From: a bacterium
Lineage (GTDB): Bacteria; UBA8248
Direction of reading: 5' to 3'
Length of the DNA: 64,000 bases
Assembly (NCBI GenBank): GCA_963692865.2
Contig: OY843592.1
Coordinates: 2,272,001 to 2,336,000 of the forward strand
Shown here: piece after piece, positions 1-9,326 of the stretch
How positions within the stretch are numbered: the first letter of the stretch is position 1
Layout: every line of letters starts with the position of its first letter
The notes under the pieces: generated by a model
What the model was told of the DNA's origin: nothing
The model's input: only the letters and a program-made list of their open reading frames with translations
Databases searched by the model: none
Position numbers and translations under genes: made by a program

Positions 1-573
1 GGGGCGCGGAGCGTCGCGCCGCTTTACAACGAGGACAACGCGCTGGGCGGCGGCGCCCAGGGCGACCCCGCCCGCGGCCTCACCCCCCTGGGCCGCGATT
101 TCCTGATGGAGGCCTGGCGGACGGGTTTCATGGTGGATTGCGCGCACGCGAACCACCAGACGAAATCGGACATGATCGATCTCGCCCTCGTCACCGGCCA
201 GGAGATGCACTACTCCCACGGCCATCTGGACGATCCGGTGTTGCCCTTCTTCGGCGAACGCGGGTTGCCGCGCGATATGGCGAGGCGGCTGCTGGAGACG
301 GGCGCGCTCATCGGCCTTACGCCGTACCCCGAGTTCGTGGACGAGTTCGAGCGTCACCTGGAGGAAATCGAGTTCCTTGCCGAAATCGCCGCCCATCAGG
401 TCGTGCTGGGCAGCGATTTCGCGGGCATCAACCGCGTGTTCGATGAATTCAGGGGCATCCGGGCGATAGGGGACTTCGCAGGGCGTCTCGCCGCCGCGCA
501 CGGGGAGGATTTCGCCCGCTCCTACTGCGGCGGCGCGCTCAAGGCCTGTCTCGAACGCTCCTTGCCGGAGTGA
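1..573 (+). CDS. membrane dipeptidase (peptidase M19 / amidohydrolase family), 5'-truncated by window edge
   Basis: Frame open from base 1 (GARSVAPLYNEDNALGGG...GLTPLGR); VDCAH, YSH and LGSDFAG motifs typical of renal-dipeptidase-like proteins. Confidence 0.8.
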   Translation, partial: GARSVAPLYNEDNALGGGAQGDPARGLTPLGRDFLMEAWRTGFMVDCAHANHQTKSDMIDLALVTGQEMHYSHGHLDDPVLPFFGERGLPRDMARRLLETGALIGLTPYPEFVDEFERHLEEIEFLAEIAAHQVVLGSDFAGINRVFDEFRGIRAIGDFAGRLAAAHGEDFARSYCGGALKACLERSLPE

Positions 574-626
574 TCGGGAGGGGAGTGTGGGCCGATTCTC
601 TGACGCTGATTTGAGTATCGTACAGG

Positions 627-3230
627 TTATGACGCCGCGGGGCTTGCGGAGGCTCCGCCTTCGTCCTTCGCGCTCATGAACTGGATGGAGATCATGACGG
701 CCATGACAGCGGCGCCCGTTATCTTCATCCACGGCACGTAGAAGAACAGCAGGCCGCCCGCCACGGCGAAGACCACCCGCTCCCAGATTTCGAGTTTTCT
801 GCGCATGTAGCCCTCAAGCGAGGCCGATGTGCAGAAAAAGCCCATGAAGCCGCTTATCCACACGACGAGGATGTCGAACCATGCCGCGCCCTCCGTGATG
901 TTGATAGGGGTGTAGGCCATGAGGAAGGGGACGATGTAAAGCGCCTTGCCGAGCTTGAGCGAGGCAAAGCCGGTGCGCATCGGGTCGGCCCCCGCCACGC
1001 CCGCCGCGATGAAGGCGCCGAGCGCGAAGGGCGGCGTGAGCGAAGCGTCCTGGCTCAGCCAGAGGATCATGAGGTGCGCGCTCAGGAGCGGGACGCCGAG
1101 TTCCACCAGCGCCGGCACGGCGAGGATCGAGAGAAGCACGTAGCTCGCCGTGATCGTCATGCCCATGCCCATGATGTAGCTGGCGATGGCGCAGAGCAGA
1201 ATCGCCACCGGTAGAGTCGTTCCCGTGATGCCGAAGGTGTTGTCGATGATGGCGGCGTAGCCCAGGATGATCGAGGAGAACTTGATGCCGAGGCCGGGCA
1301 TCGAGACGCCCGCGAGCACGATGCCCATCACGCCCGCCGTCACGCCGATGATGAGCGAGTTGACGGCGCCTCGCTCCAGCCCGTCCAGAACGCGCGGAGA
1401 GGAGAATATCGCCGTTCCGAGAAGCGCCCAGAAAATCGCTTCAGGTATGGAGTGTCCCGCCATCGGCAATACGATGAGCAGCCCCAGCCCGGCGAGCAGG
1501 GGCCAGTTCTCCAAGAGCGGGTTTCCGGGCGGGTCGGCCTTCGCCGTTTCCAGGTAGGTTCCCGCCTCCGCGTCGGCAACTTCCAGGCTTTTGCCCGATT
1601 CCATGAGTTTCTTGTGGTGGTTCGCGGCCTGGTATTCGAGCCTGTCGTTCCTTGTGCTCCATCCGGGCCGGCCCACCAGGCGCGCGAGCACCGGCGGCAG
1701 GGCCAGCAGGCGGGTGTCCTCCCGGAAAAATCCCAGAACCATGGCCAGGACGATGGACCAGAGCGCCGCGTCGAAAGGCGAGCGCCCGATGATGAGCCGG
1801 AAGATGAGCAGCACCACCGGGAGCAGCAGGTAGCCCTCTTTCTTGAGAAGGGGCAGCAGTTCGGGCAGTTCCTCTTTCGAGAGGCCGTGGATGCCGTCCA
1901 GCCCCGAGCGGAAGTGCACCGACATGTAGACCGAGAAGTAGTACATCAGCGCGGGCACGAGCGAGATGAGCGCTATCCACCCGTAATCCGTCTCGGTGAA
2001 GGCCGCCACGAGAAATGCCGCCGAGCCCATGATGGGGGGCAGCAGATGGCCGCCGATGGAGGAGACAGCCTCGACCGCTCCCGCGTAGTGGGGCTTGTAG
2101 CCCGCGCGCTTCATCAGGGGAATCGTGAAGGTGCCCGTGATGACGATGTTCGCCGCTCCGCTTCCCACCACCGAACCCACCATGCCGCTCGACACGACCG
2201 AGGCCTTGGCGGCTCCTCCGCGCAGGCGCCCCACCAGGGCGTAGGAGAGATCGATGAATACGTCGCCGACTTTCGTCTTTTCCAGAAAAACCCCGAACAG
2301 GATGAACAAAAACACATAGCTCGCATATACGTTGGCGATGACGCCGAAGATGCCCGAGGTCCCGTATATGAAGTTCACCACCTCGTTATAGGAAAACCCC
2401 TTGTGCAGGAGGCGTCCGGGGAACTGGTTGCCGTACATGGCGTAGTAGAAAAAGAAGAGTCCCAGCAGCGGCAGCACCCAGCCCAATATCCGGCGGCACA
2501 TCTCGATCGAGACGATGACGGCGATCGTGCCCATGGCGACGTCCGTCCAGAGGACGAGGCCCGCCCGGTCTCCGCGGTCGGCGAAGTTCATGATGTATTC
2601 CACCGTGAAGACGACCACGCCCGCGCAGAGGAGAAGGTCCACGGCGGAGGGCCTGTCCCTCGGAGCGCCCGCCCGCGCCGGGTAGAAGATGAATGTCAGG
2701 ATGGCGGTGAAGATTACGTACAGGGGCAGATAGAAATGAAACGCGTATATGGCCAGCCCCGGGAAGTAGAGCGTCTCCCAAATTGCGGAGAGGGATTTCT
2801 CCATCCCTTCCGTGAGGAGCGGGGAGAGGGCGTAGACGATGACTTCGCCGAATCCCAGGCCGAAATCCACCGGCGCCTTGTTCGCCGCGCCGTAGAGGAA
2901 ATACGATGCGAACGCGAACGAGGAGAGCAGGATAGTCGCCTTCGGCAGAATGCACAGGCCCGACACGTAAAGCCAGATGAGGGCGTAGAGCCAGGCGTCC
3001 AGGGCCGGGAATTCGACCTCCTGCCAGTCCCAGGCGATCTCGTAGGGGAGGTAGAGATTGTACGTCCTGCCGGCGAAGAAGAGGATATAAGCGAGAAGCA
3101 GACAGGAGAGAAAAATGAAGACGGGCAGGTTTTGTTTCTGAAAGCCCGGTTCGATGTCCCTGCGGGTGGCCGACTCCGGGGCGAAGATGAACCGCAACCA
3201 CTCCCAGAGAAAATCGAAAGCCTTCCTCAT
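627..3230 (-). CDS. TRAP transporter fused 4TM/12TM permease (TAXI type)
   Basis: 867 aa, many hydrophobic segments, GSGAANIVITGTFTIPLMKRAGY, AVEAVSSIGG..PPIMG and LTPP motifs; adjacent to a TAXI binding protein. Confidence 0.92.
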   Translation of the reverse strand: MRKAFDFLWEWLRFIFAPESATRRDIEPGFQKQNLPVFIFLSCLLLAYILFFAGRTYNLYLPYEIAWDWQEVEFPALDAWLYALIWLYVSGLCILPKATILLSSFAFASYFLYGAANKAPVDFGLGFGEVIVYALSPLLTEGMEKSLSAIWETLYFPGLAIYAFHFYLPLYVIFTAILTFIFYPARAGAPRDRPSAVDLLLCAGVVVFTVEYIMNFADRGDRAGLVLWTDVAMGTIAVIVSIEMCRRILGWVLPLLGLFFFYYAMYGNQFPGRLLHKGFSYNEVVNFIYGTSGIFGVIANVYASYVFLFILFGVFLEKTKVGDVFIDLSYALVGRLRGGAAKASVVSSGMVGSVVGSGAANIVITGTFTIPLMKRAGYKPHYAGAVEAVSSIGGHLLPPIMGSAAFLVAAFTETDYGWIALISLVPALMYYFSVYMSVHFRSGLDGIHGLSKEELPELLPLLKKEGYLLLPVVLLIFRLIIGRSPFDAALWSIVLAMVLGFFREDTRLLALPPVLARLVGRPGWSTRNDRLEYQAANHHKKLMESGKSLEVADAEAGTYLETAKADPPGNPLLENWPLLAGLGLLIVLPMAGHSIPEAIFWALLGTAIFSSPRVLDGLERGAVNSLIIGVTAGVMGIVLAGVSMPGLGIKFSSIILGYAAIIDNTFGITGTTLPVAILLCAIASYIMGMGMTITASYVLLSILAVPALVELGVPLLSAHLMILWLSQDASLTPPFALGAFIAAGVAGADPMRTGFASLKLGKALYIVPFLMAYTPINITEGAAWFDILVVWISGFMGFFCTSASLEGYMRRKLEIWERVVFAVAGGLLFFYVPWMKITGAAVMAVMISIQFMSAKDEGGASASPAAS

Positions 3231-3316
3231 CGCCGCCCTTTCTCACCCGAGGCCGATGACAGGCGCTTCGCCGGCCCCCGGAAGGCGCTTCGCCCTCCGG
3301 GGGAGCCGGGAAACGT

Positions 3317-4315
3317 CTAGTTTACGTTATAGCCCTTCGCCTTCCAGTAGCGCGCGGCGCCGGGGTGGAGCTTCATGTTGAAGTTGCCCATCTGCTTGAT
3401 GAACCCGTCCGACTTGGCGGCGAAGTCCAGCCCGATCTTCCAGCCCTTGAAGACGTTGATCAGGAAGTCGCGGTTCGCCTTGTCGTACACCCGCCGCGTC
3501 ACCTCGTGGATGACGTCGTTGGGCACCTTCTCGTTCGCCACGGCGAAAATGGTGTAGGCGACCGTCTTGAACTTCTTGCCCTTCATCCCCTGATAGGGGC
3601 TGGCGTCCTTGTTGTCCTTGTAATAGCCCGAGCTCAGGGCGACGAACTTGTCGCGCACCTTGTCGGGAATGCTCAGGATGCGGAGCGGGCCGCTGCGCGA
3701 GGCGCGCAGAATCGAGGGCGAGGGCACCGGGTTCGGGATGCCGAAGGCGTCGAGCTTGCCGTCGATCATGTTGGTGGCGGCCTGGGCCCAGCCCATGTAG
3801 TCCTTGCGGATCTTGTCGGTGATCCCCAGGTTGTCGGTGATGAACTTCATCATGAACAGCGTGGAGCTTCCCCTCGGGCCCATGTTCACCCGCTTGCCGG
3901 CGAGATCGTTATAGGTCTTGATGCCGGACTTGTGGAACGTCGTCACCTGGAACCAGGAGGTCGACACCGGGCCGATCCCCCGGATGGTCATCATCGCCTT
4001 GCCCTTGTGGAAGGGTTTCTGCTTGCGCTGGATGAAGTCGACGAAAATCCCGTTCGTCATTCCGATCTCCGACCGCCCGCTGGCGACGAGGCGGGTGTTG
4101 GCGACGAAGCCCTTGGACTCGCGGTTGGTGACGTTGACGGTCTTGCTCGTCTTGTTCACCGCCTCGGCGAGGCCCGCCGCCATGCGGAACGCGCCCGCGC
4201 CCTTGCCCGCGCCGACGATGGTGATGTTGGTGGTGGCGGCGCTCGCCAGGGAGGCGACGAAAGCCGCCGCGGCGAAAACGCCAATCGCTGTAATGAATCT
4301 TTTGTGCTTACGCAT
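3317..4315 (-). CDS. TAXI family TRAP solute-binding protein
   Basis: Signal peptide, DLAGKRVNMGPRGS, C-terminal LHPGAARYWK. Confidence 0.92.
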   Translation of the reverse strand: MRKHKRFITAIGVFAAAAFVASLASAATTNITIVGAGKGAGAFRMAAGLAEAVNKTSKTVNVTNRESKGFVANTRLVASGRSEIGMTNGIFVDFIQRKQKPFHKGKAMMTIRGIGPVSTSWFQVTTFHKSGIKTYNDLAGKRVNMGPRGSSTLFMMKFITDNLGITDKIRKDYMGWAQAATNMIDGKLDAFGIPNPVPSPSILRASRSGPLRILSIPDKVRDKFVALSSGYYKDNKDASPYQGMKGKKFKTVAYTIFAVANEKVPNDVIHEVTRRVYDKANRDFLINVFKGWKIGLDFAAKSDGFIKQMGNFNMKLHPGAARYWKAKGYNVN

Positions 4316-4523
4316 AGGCTCTCCTCCGTTGGAATCGCAGAGATATAGGTTTTGCCCGTTGAGATGATTCTATCTCATCAACATACTTTCGCAAGCGACG
4401 CTTAGAGCTATTCGCATAATTTCCCCGCAAATCTTGACGCCCGAAGACCCAGGTGCTAGCTATTGCGCGTCTTGCAGGTTTTCTCGCGATAACGCGCCGA
4501 ACGCATTCTATGTGGAGACCCTC

Positions 4524-5738
4524 TTGTCCCGCCTTCTGGAAAACGATTCCCTGACGCTGCTGGGCGAAGGCGGCCTCCCCGTTCCCCGCTTCGAGGTCTG
4601 CACGGACGCAGAAGAAGCCGCCCGCGCGCTGGATCGTCTGGGCGGGCGCGTCGTCATCAAGGCGCTCGTTCCCGTCGGCAAGCGGGGCAAGGCGGGCGCG
4701 GTGAAGTTCGCCGCGAATGCGTCAGAGGCCCGCGCGCGCGCAGACGCCATTCTCGGCATGGAGGTGCGGCGCTTTCCCGTCAGAAAACTAATCGTGATGG
4801 AAGCGCTCGATATCGCGCGCGAGATTTTCTGCTCCATCTCCTTCGATGCGCCGGGAAAATGCCCGCTGATTCTCTTCAGCGCGGAGGGCGGCGTGGACGT
4901 GGAGGAACTGGCCGAACATCATCCCGACAAGCTGCTCGAATGGCCCGTGAACATTCTGGAGGGGCTTGCGCTCGAAGATGCGCTGGAACTGGCGCAAAGG
5001 GCGGGGCTTTCGGGCGGTCTCGCGGAGCAAGCCGCCCGCGCCGTGTGCGCGATGTACGGGGTTTTCTGCGCCCACGACTGCGAGATGATAGAGGTGAACC
5101 CCCTGGCGGAACTGGCAGACGGCCGCGTGGTGGCGGCGGCGGGCGTGGCGCAGCTCGACGCGCAGGCGCTCTTCCGCCATCCCGAACTCGAAGCCAAGCT
5201 GGGCGTGGAAGGCGGGAACGGCTGGCGGCCATTCACGGAACTCGAGATGCGCCTGCGCGAGATAGACGCCATCGACCCCCACGTGGGCGCGATCCGCTTC
5301 AGCGAACTGGACGGCGACATCGGCTTCATGGTCACCGGCGGAGGGTATGGATTGTCGAGCCTGGAGGCGCTTCTGGATGAGGGCGGCAGGCCCGCCACCA
5401 CGTTCGACATCACGCCCGGACGCTATGAGGAGAAAATGCGCCGCGCGGTGAAGGCGGTGCTCTCGAAGCCCGGCATCAAAGGGCTGCTCCTCGCGGGAAA
5501 CGTGAGCAATTTCACCCGGGTGGACATCAAGGTGGCGGGCGTGGTGCGCGCGCTCAAGGAGGCGGCGCTCGATCTCGAAAAATTCCCCGTCATCATCCGC
5601 TACGCGGGTCCGGGCGTGGAGGAGGCCAGACGGCTCATCGCCGAGGTTCCGGGCGTGGAATGGCATGAGGACGAGTCGTCGATAGAAGACCTCGCCAGGC
5701 GGATCGTGGCGCGCAGCTACGGGAGCGATGAGAGTTGA
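4524..5738 (+). CDS. succinyl-CoA synthetase beta / ATP-citrate lyase beta-like ATP-grasp ligase subunit
   Basis: VIKA.VPVGKRGKAGAV, SAEGGVDVEE, IEVNPL; TTG start at 4524 chosen after a GGAG RBS. Confidence 0.8.
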   Translation: MSRLLENDSLTLLGEGGLPVPRFEVCTDAEEAARALDRLGGRVVIKALVPVGKRGKAGAVKFAANASEARARADAILGMEVRRFPVRKLIVMEALDIAREIFCSISFDAPGKCPLILFSAEGGVDVEELAEHHPDKLLEWPVNILEGLALEDALELAQRAGLSGGLAEQAARAVCAMYGVFCAHDCEMIEVNPLAELADGRVVAAAGVAQLDAQALFRHPELEAKLGVEGGNGWRPFTELEMRLREIDAIDPHVGAIRFSELDGDIGFMVTGGGYGLSSLEALLDEGGRPATTFDITPGRYEEKMRRAVKAVLSKPGIKGLLLAGNVSNFTRVDIKVAGVVRALKEAALDLEKFPVIIRYAGPGVEEARRLIAEVPGVEWHEDESSIEDLARRIVARSYGSDES

Positions 5739-6628
5739 GCATTCTGCTGGATTCGGATACCCGCGTCCTCGTACAGGGGGCCACGGGGGCGGAGGCGCGG
5801 CGCCTTCTGCCCACCATGACGGACTACGGCACCCGCGTGGCGGCGGGCGTATCTCCCGGCAAAGGGGGCGAGTCGGTGGGCGGCGTGCCGGTATACGGAA
5901 CCGTGGCCAATGCTCTTCGCGACCACGAGGTCGACCTCTCCGTGCTCTTCGTGCCCGCGCGCTTCGTGCGAGAGGCGGCTTTTGAGGCCATCGAGGCGGG
6001 CGTTCCCACCGTGCACATCCTCGCGGAGGGCGTGCCGCACCACGACGCCTGCGCGCTGCTCACGCGCGCGGCCGAGATGGGAACCTTCGTCATCGGCCCC
6101 AACAGCCAGGGCATGGTGAGCCCGGGAAGAGCGAAACTCGGCGGCACGGGCGGCGAGGTGCCCGACCTCATGTTCCGCCCCGGCCCCGTGGGCGTGGTGA
6201 GCAGAAGCGGAGGCATGGGGGCGGAGATTTGTCTCTTCCTGACGCGGGCGGGGATCGGCCAGAGCACCTACGTTGCCCTGGGCGGCGATTTGCTCATCGG
6301 CTCCGCCTTCGTCGAGATGCTCGCCCTGTTCGAGGATGACCCCGAAACCCGCGTCGTCGTCATGTTCGGCGAACCCGGCACGGACAGGGAAGAAGAAGCG
6401 GCGCGCTTCATCGCGTCCGGCGGATTCACGAAACCCGTTGTGGCGATGATCCCCGGAGAGTTCTGGGAAACCTCGCCCACGCCCGCGAGCGTGAGCCACA
6501 CCGGCGCGCTCATCACCCGGGGCCAGGGCGCGCCGTCCGGCAAGAAAAGACTCCTGCGCGAGGCGGGCGTCCTGGTGGCCGAACGCTTCTCCCAGGTCGT
6601 GCCCCTCGTACAACAAGCCCTCGGGTAA
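5735..6628 (+). CDS. succinyl-CoA synthetase alpha-like CoA-binding subunit
   Basis: TRVLVQGATG, GVSPGKGG, IGPNSQG, VSRSGG, FGEPG, phospho-His-like SHTGA; overlaps the beta-subunit stop. Confidence 0.85.
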   Translation: MSILLDSDTRVLVQGATGAEARRLLPTMTDYGTRVAAGVSPGKGGESVGGVPVYGTVANALRDHEVDLSVLFVPARFVREAAFEAIEAGVPTVHILAEGVPHHDACALLTRAAEMGTFVIGPNSQGMVSPGRAKLGGTGGEVPDLMFRPGPVGVVSRSGGMGAEICLFLTRAGIGQSTYVALGGDLLIGSAFVEMLALFEDDPETRVVVMFGEPGTDREEEAARFIASGGFTKPVVAMIPGEFWETSPTPASVSHTGALITRGQGAPSGKKRLLREAGVLVAERFSQVVPLVQQALG

Positions 6629-6701
6629 GCCTGGAGAAACGACTGAAAGTCCCGGCAAATCCGCGAAAGCCTAAATCCTTCCGTAGAGGCCGCATGCATA
6701 T

Positions 6702-6923
6702 GAGGTAGTTGAAAAACCCCTCCTCGATCGGAACTGACCACCGCCGTCATTCCGCCGAAAGCCGGAATGACGATCAAAACCGCACCGCCTCTTGTAGTGG
6801 GCCATTCTTGTGAGCGGCCCAAGATCGCGACCTCGGACAGGCGCATGAGCCAGTCCGCTACGGACCCTCTCCCCAGGTGGTTCTGGTCGCCAAATCACGG
6901 AACCAGGGTTTTTCAACAACCCC
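6702..6923. mobile_element. MITE-like element with GGGGTTGTTGAAAAACCC-type terminal inverted repeats carrying REP palindromes
   Basis: gaggtagttgaaaaaccc (6702-6719) and gggtttttcaacaacccc (6906-6923); internal CGTC palindrome 6745-6772. Confidence 0.65.
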
Positions 6924-6965
6924 GTATGCAGCCCCGACAGGTGAGATAATCGCCAGGTTCTCAAC

Positions 6966-7331
6966 ATGGCGCGGGAAATTCCCGTTTCTGGGATATTGGG
7001 GGATATTGAAGATCGTGGGGAACGGGGCGGATTGCTTTATATCGCCCAGGCCGAAGTCAAGCCGGTGATCGCGAAAGCGGACGCGGAAGTCAGAAGACTC
7101 GACGCCATGGACGGGCAACTTCAGAAACAAGTCACCGAAGTCAAATTGAATCTGAGAGAGAGGCTAAAGCAGATCAATACGGACCTGAACGCGTTCAAGG
7201 CCCAAACGCATGCTGATTTCAAAACGGTGGCGACCAAAGATGACCTGAAAAATCTGAGAGAAAAACTTCTCACCCCACAACAGCTTCGAAGCATCATGAG
7301 AGAAGTGCTGGAGGAACAACGCGCGCGATAA
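6966..7331 (+). CDS. hypothetical coiled-coil protein
   Basis: 121 aa, heptad-rich, ATKDDL motif, lower GC than flanks, followed by a terminator. Confidence 0.6.
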   Translation: MAREIPVSGILGDIEDRGERGGLLYIAQAEVKPVIAKADAEVRRLDAMDGQLQKQVTEVKLNLRERLKQINTDLNAFKAQTHADFKTVATKDDLKNLREKLLTPQQLRSIMREVLEEQRAR

Positions 7332-7365
7332 GGCCAAGCAAGTTATCAAATGCTCTATCCACACA

Positions 7366-7399
7366 ATCGCCCCTGGCCAAAAACAGGGGCGATTTTTTG
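7366..7399 (+). terminator. intrinsic terminator between convergent genes
   Basis: aatcgcccctg-N8-caggggcgatt followed by a T-run. Confidence 0.65.
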
Positions 7400-7463
7400 T
7401 GGAAGCCGGAATATCCGCCTGTCCAAGCCAAAATCCGTAAGAGTGGCGAGAGAGTCTGCGTTC

Positions 7464-8219
7464 TCACACCATCGTCGCGCCGCCGTTCACGTCGAGCGTG
7501 ACGCCGGTGATGTAGCCCGCCTCCCTGCTGCAAAGGAAAACCACGGCTTCGGCGATTTCGTGGGGTTCGGAGAGTCTGCCCGCGGGCGATGATTTCTCGA
7601 TGTGGGCGATGCGCTCGGGCGTCCTGATGCCGAGCGTCCTGGGCGTGCGCACGTTCGCGGGCGCTACGGCGTTCACGGTGATTCCGTGCGGGCCGAGTTC
7701 GCGCGCCGCCTGGCGGGTCAGGCCGAGCACGCCCGCCTTGGCGGCGGTGTAATGCGGCGGATTCGGGTTCACGCCGCTGCGCGCCGCCATGCTGGAGAGG
7801 GTGACGAAGCGTCCGTATTTCGCCTCTACCATCAGGGGCGCTACGGCCTTCAGGAGATAGAACATCGACTTGAGGTTCGAGTCGACCACGCCGTCCCACG
7901 CCTCCACGGGGCAGTCCAGCAGGCTCACGTACTGCGGAAACCCCCCTGCGCTGTGCACGAGAACTTCAATACTGCCGACACGGCTATTCACCTCGTTTAC
8001 CGAGGCGAGGGTCGCCTTCCAGTCGGTGAGATCGACCACGGCGGCGTGGGCCGCGCCACCGCTTTCGTTGATGGATTCGGCCACCGCTTCGGCGCCTTCG
8101 GCGTTGAAATCCATCACGGTCACTTCCGCCCCTCTTTGGGCCAGGATTCTCGCCGTGGATTCGCCGATTCCCGTCGCAGCGCCCGTAACGATGGCGCTTT
8201 GCCCCTCGAAACCGCTCAT
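7464..8219 (-). CDS. SDR family NAD(P)-dependent oxidoreductase
   Basis: TGAATGIG, YTAAK, VNAVAP, YITGVTLDVNGG. Confidence 0.93.
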   Translation of the reverse strand: MSGFEGQSAIVTGAATGIGESTARILAQRGAEVTVMDFNAEGAEAVAESINESGGAAHAAVVDLTDWKATLASVNEVNSRVGSIEVLVHSAGGFPQYVSLLDCPVEAWDGVVDSNLKSMFYLLKAVAPLMVEAKYGRFVTLSSMAARSGVNPNPPHYTAAKAGVLGLTRQAARELGPHGITVNAVAPANVRTPRTLGIRTPERIAHIEKSSPAGRLSEPHEIAEAVVFLCSREAGYITGVTLDVNGGATMV

Positions 8220-8286
8220 TGCGCTTTCCTTTTCTCGAAAAAACGGCGCGCGGCGACCCGTAAGCCGCCGCGCGCCGACGGATTGA

Positions 8287-9300
8287 CTAGCCTTCCTGCA
8301 TCTTCAGGATGCGGTTGATGAGGTCGATGCCGCCCACCTTGTCGGCGAACATCTTGTGGACGGGCCTTACGGCCGCGCGGAAGGGCTTGAGATCCGGCGT
8401 TGCGATCGTGAGTCCCTTCGCCGCAAACCCTTTCATGATGTCTTTTTCGTTTTCTTCCGCATAGGCGTTCGCCCAGGCGATGGTGTCGCGCGCGGCCATG
8501 AGGACGGCCTTCTGCATGGCTTTTGGCAGCTTGTTGTAATACTTGTCGTTCATGATGAGCGCGCCGGCAACGAGCTGGTGCCGGGTGATGGAGAGGTATT
8601 TCTGCACCTCGTAGAGTTTCATCGCCCACGCCCAGCTCGACCCGCCGTCGTGGCCGTCCACCGTTTTGGTGCTGAGCGCGCTGAAGAGCTCCGTCGGCGC
8701 CATGCCGATGGTGCTGCCGCCGAGCGCCTTGTACGTTTGCACCATGATGGGGTTTTTCGCGATCCGCATGCGCAAGTCGCCCAAATCGGCGGGCTTCATG
8801 ATCGGGTGTTTGCTGTTCATCATGTTCCGGAAGCCCGTGGCGACGAAGCCGAGCACGCGGATGCCCGATTTCTTGCGGAAATTCTCTCCGATGGTTCGGC
8901 CGATGTCGCTGTTGAACACCTTGGCGGCGCCCTTGAAGCTGCCGAACATGAAGGGCAGGGTGAAGATGTCGAGCCGCCTGTCGAATGCCGTGATGTTGTT
9001 GGACGCCACGATCTGCATCTGTATGGAGCCGAGCTGCACCTTCTTGGCGGCCACGCGGTCCTTGCCGAGCTGGGAGGAAGGGAATATCTGGATGTCGATG
9101 TCCCCCCTGGAATAGACCTGCAGGTTCTTCTGCATGGTGAGAGCCGTAGCCTGGTAGAGAAGCTGCGGCTTGGGCGGGTTGTTGTGGGCGAACTTCATCA
9201 CGTACTTGGCCGCCTCGACCTCGGGCGCGGCGAAGCCGACGAGGCCCGCGATGAGGATGACGCTCACCATGACCGTGAACCCTTTTTTCAGATGTCGCAT
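8287..9300 (-). CDS. dctP: TRAP transporter substrate-binding protein (DctP family)
   Basis: True start MRHLKKGF at 9300 after aggagg RBS; IFPSSQLG, GFRN, LRMR, LYEVQKY. Confidence 0.9.
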   Translation of the reverse strand: MRHLKKGFTVMVSVILIAGLVGFAAPEVEAAKYVMKFAHNNPPKPQLLYQATALTMQKNLQVYSRGDIDIQIFPSSQLGKDRVAAKKVQLGSIQMQIVASNNITAFDRRLDIFTLPFMFGSFKGAAKVFNSDIGRTIGENFRKKSGIRVLGFVATGFRNMMNSKHPIMKPADLGDLRMRIAKNPIMVQTYKALGGSTIGMAPTELFSALSTKTVDGHDGGSSWAWAMKLYEVQKYLSITRHQLVAGALIMNDKYYNKLPKAMQKAVLMAARDTIAWANAYAEENEKDIMKGFAAKGLTIATPDLKPFRAAVRPVHKMFADKVGGIDLINRILKMQEG

Positions 9301-9326
9301 GTCTTGCCTCCTTTTTGTTCGTCTCC

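Noticed and set aside
1452-3320. Long antisense or alternate-frame ORFs (e.g. 1452-3320, 14077-15528, 24516-25856, 61648-62892)
   Set aside because: Shadows of real genes in GC-rich DNA; no recognisable motifs.
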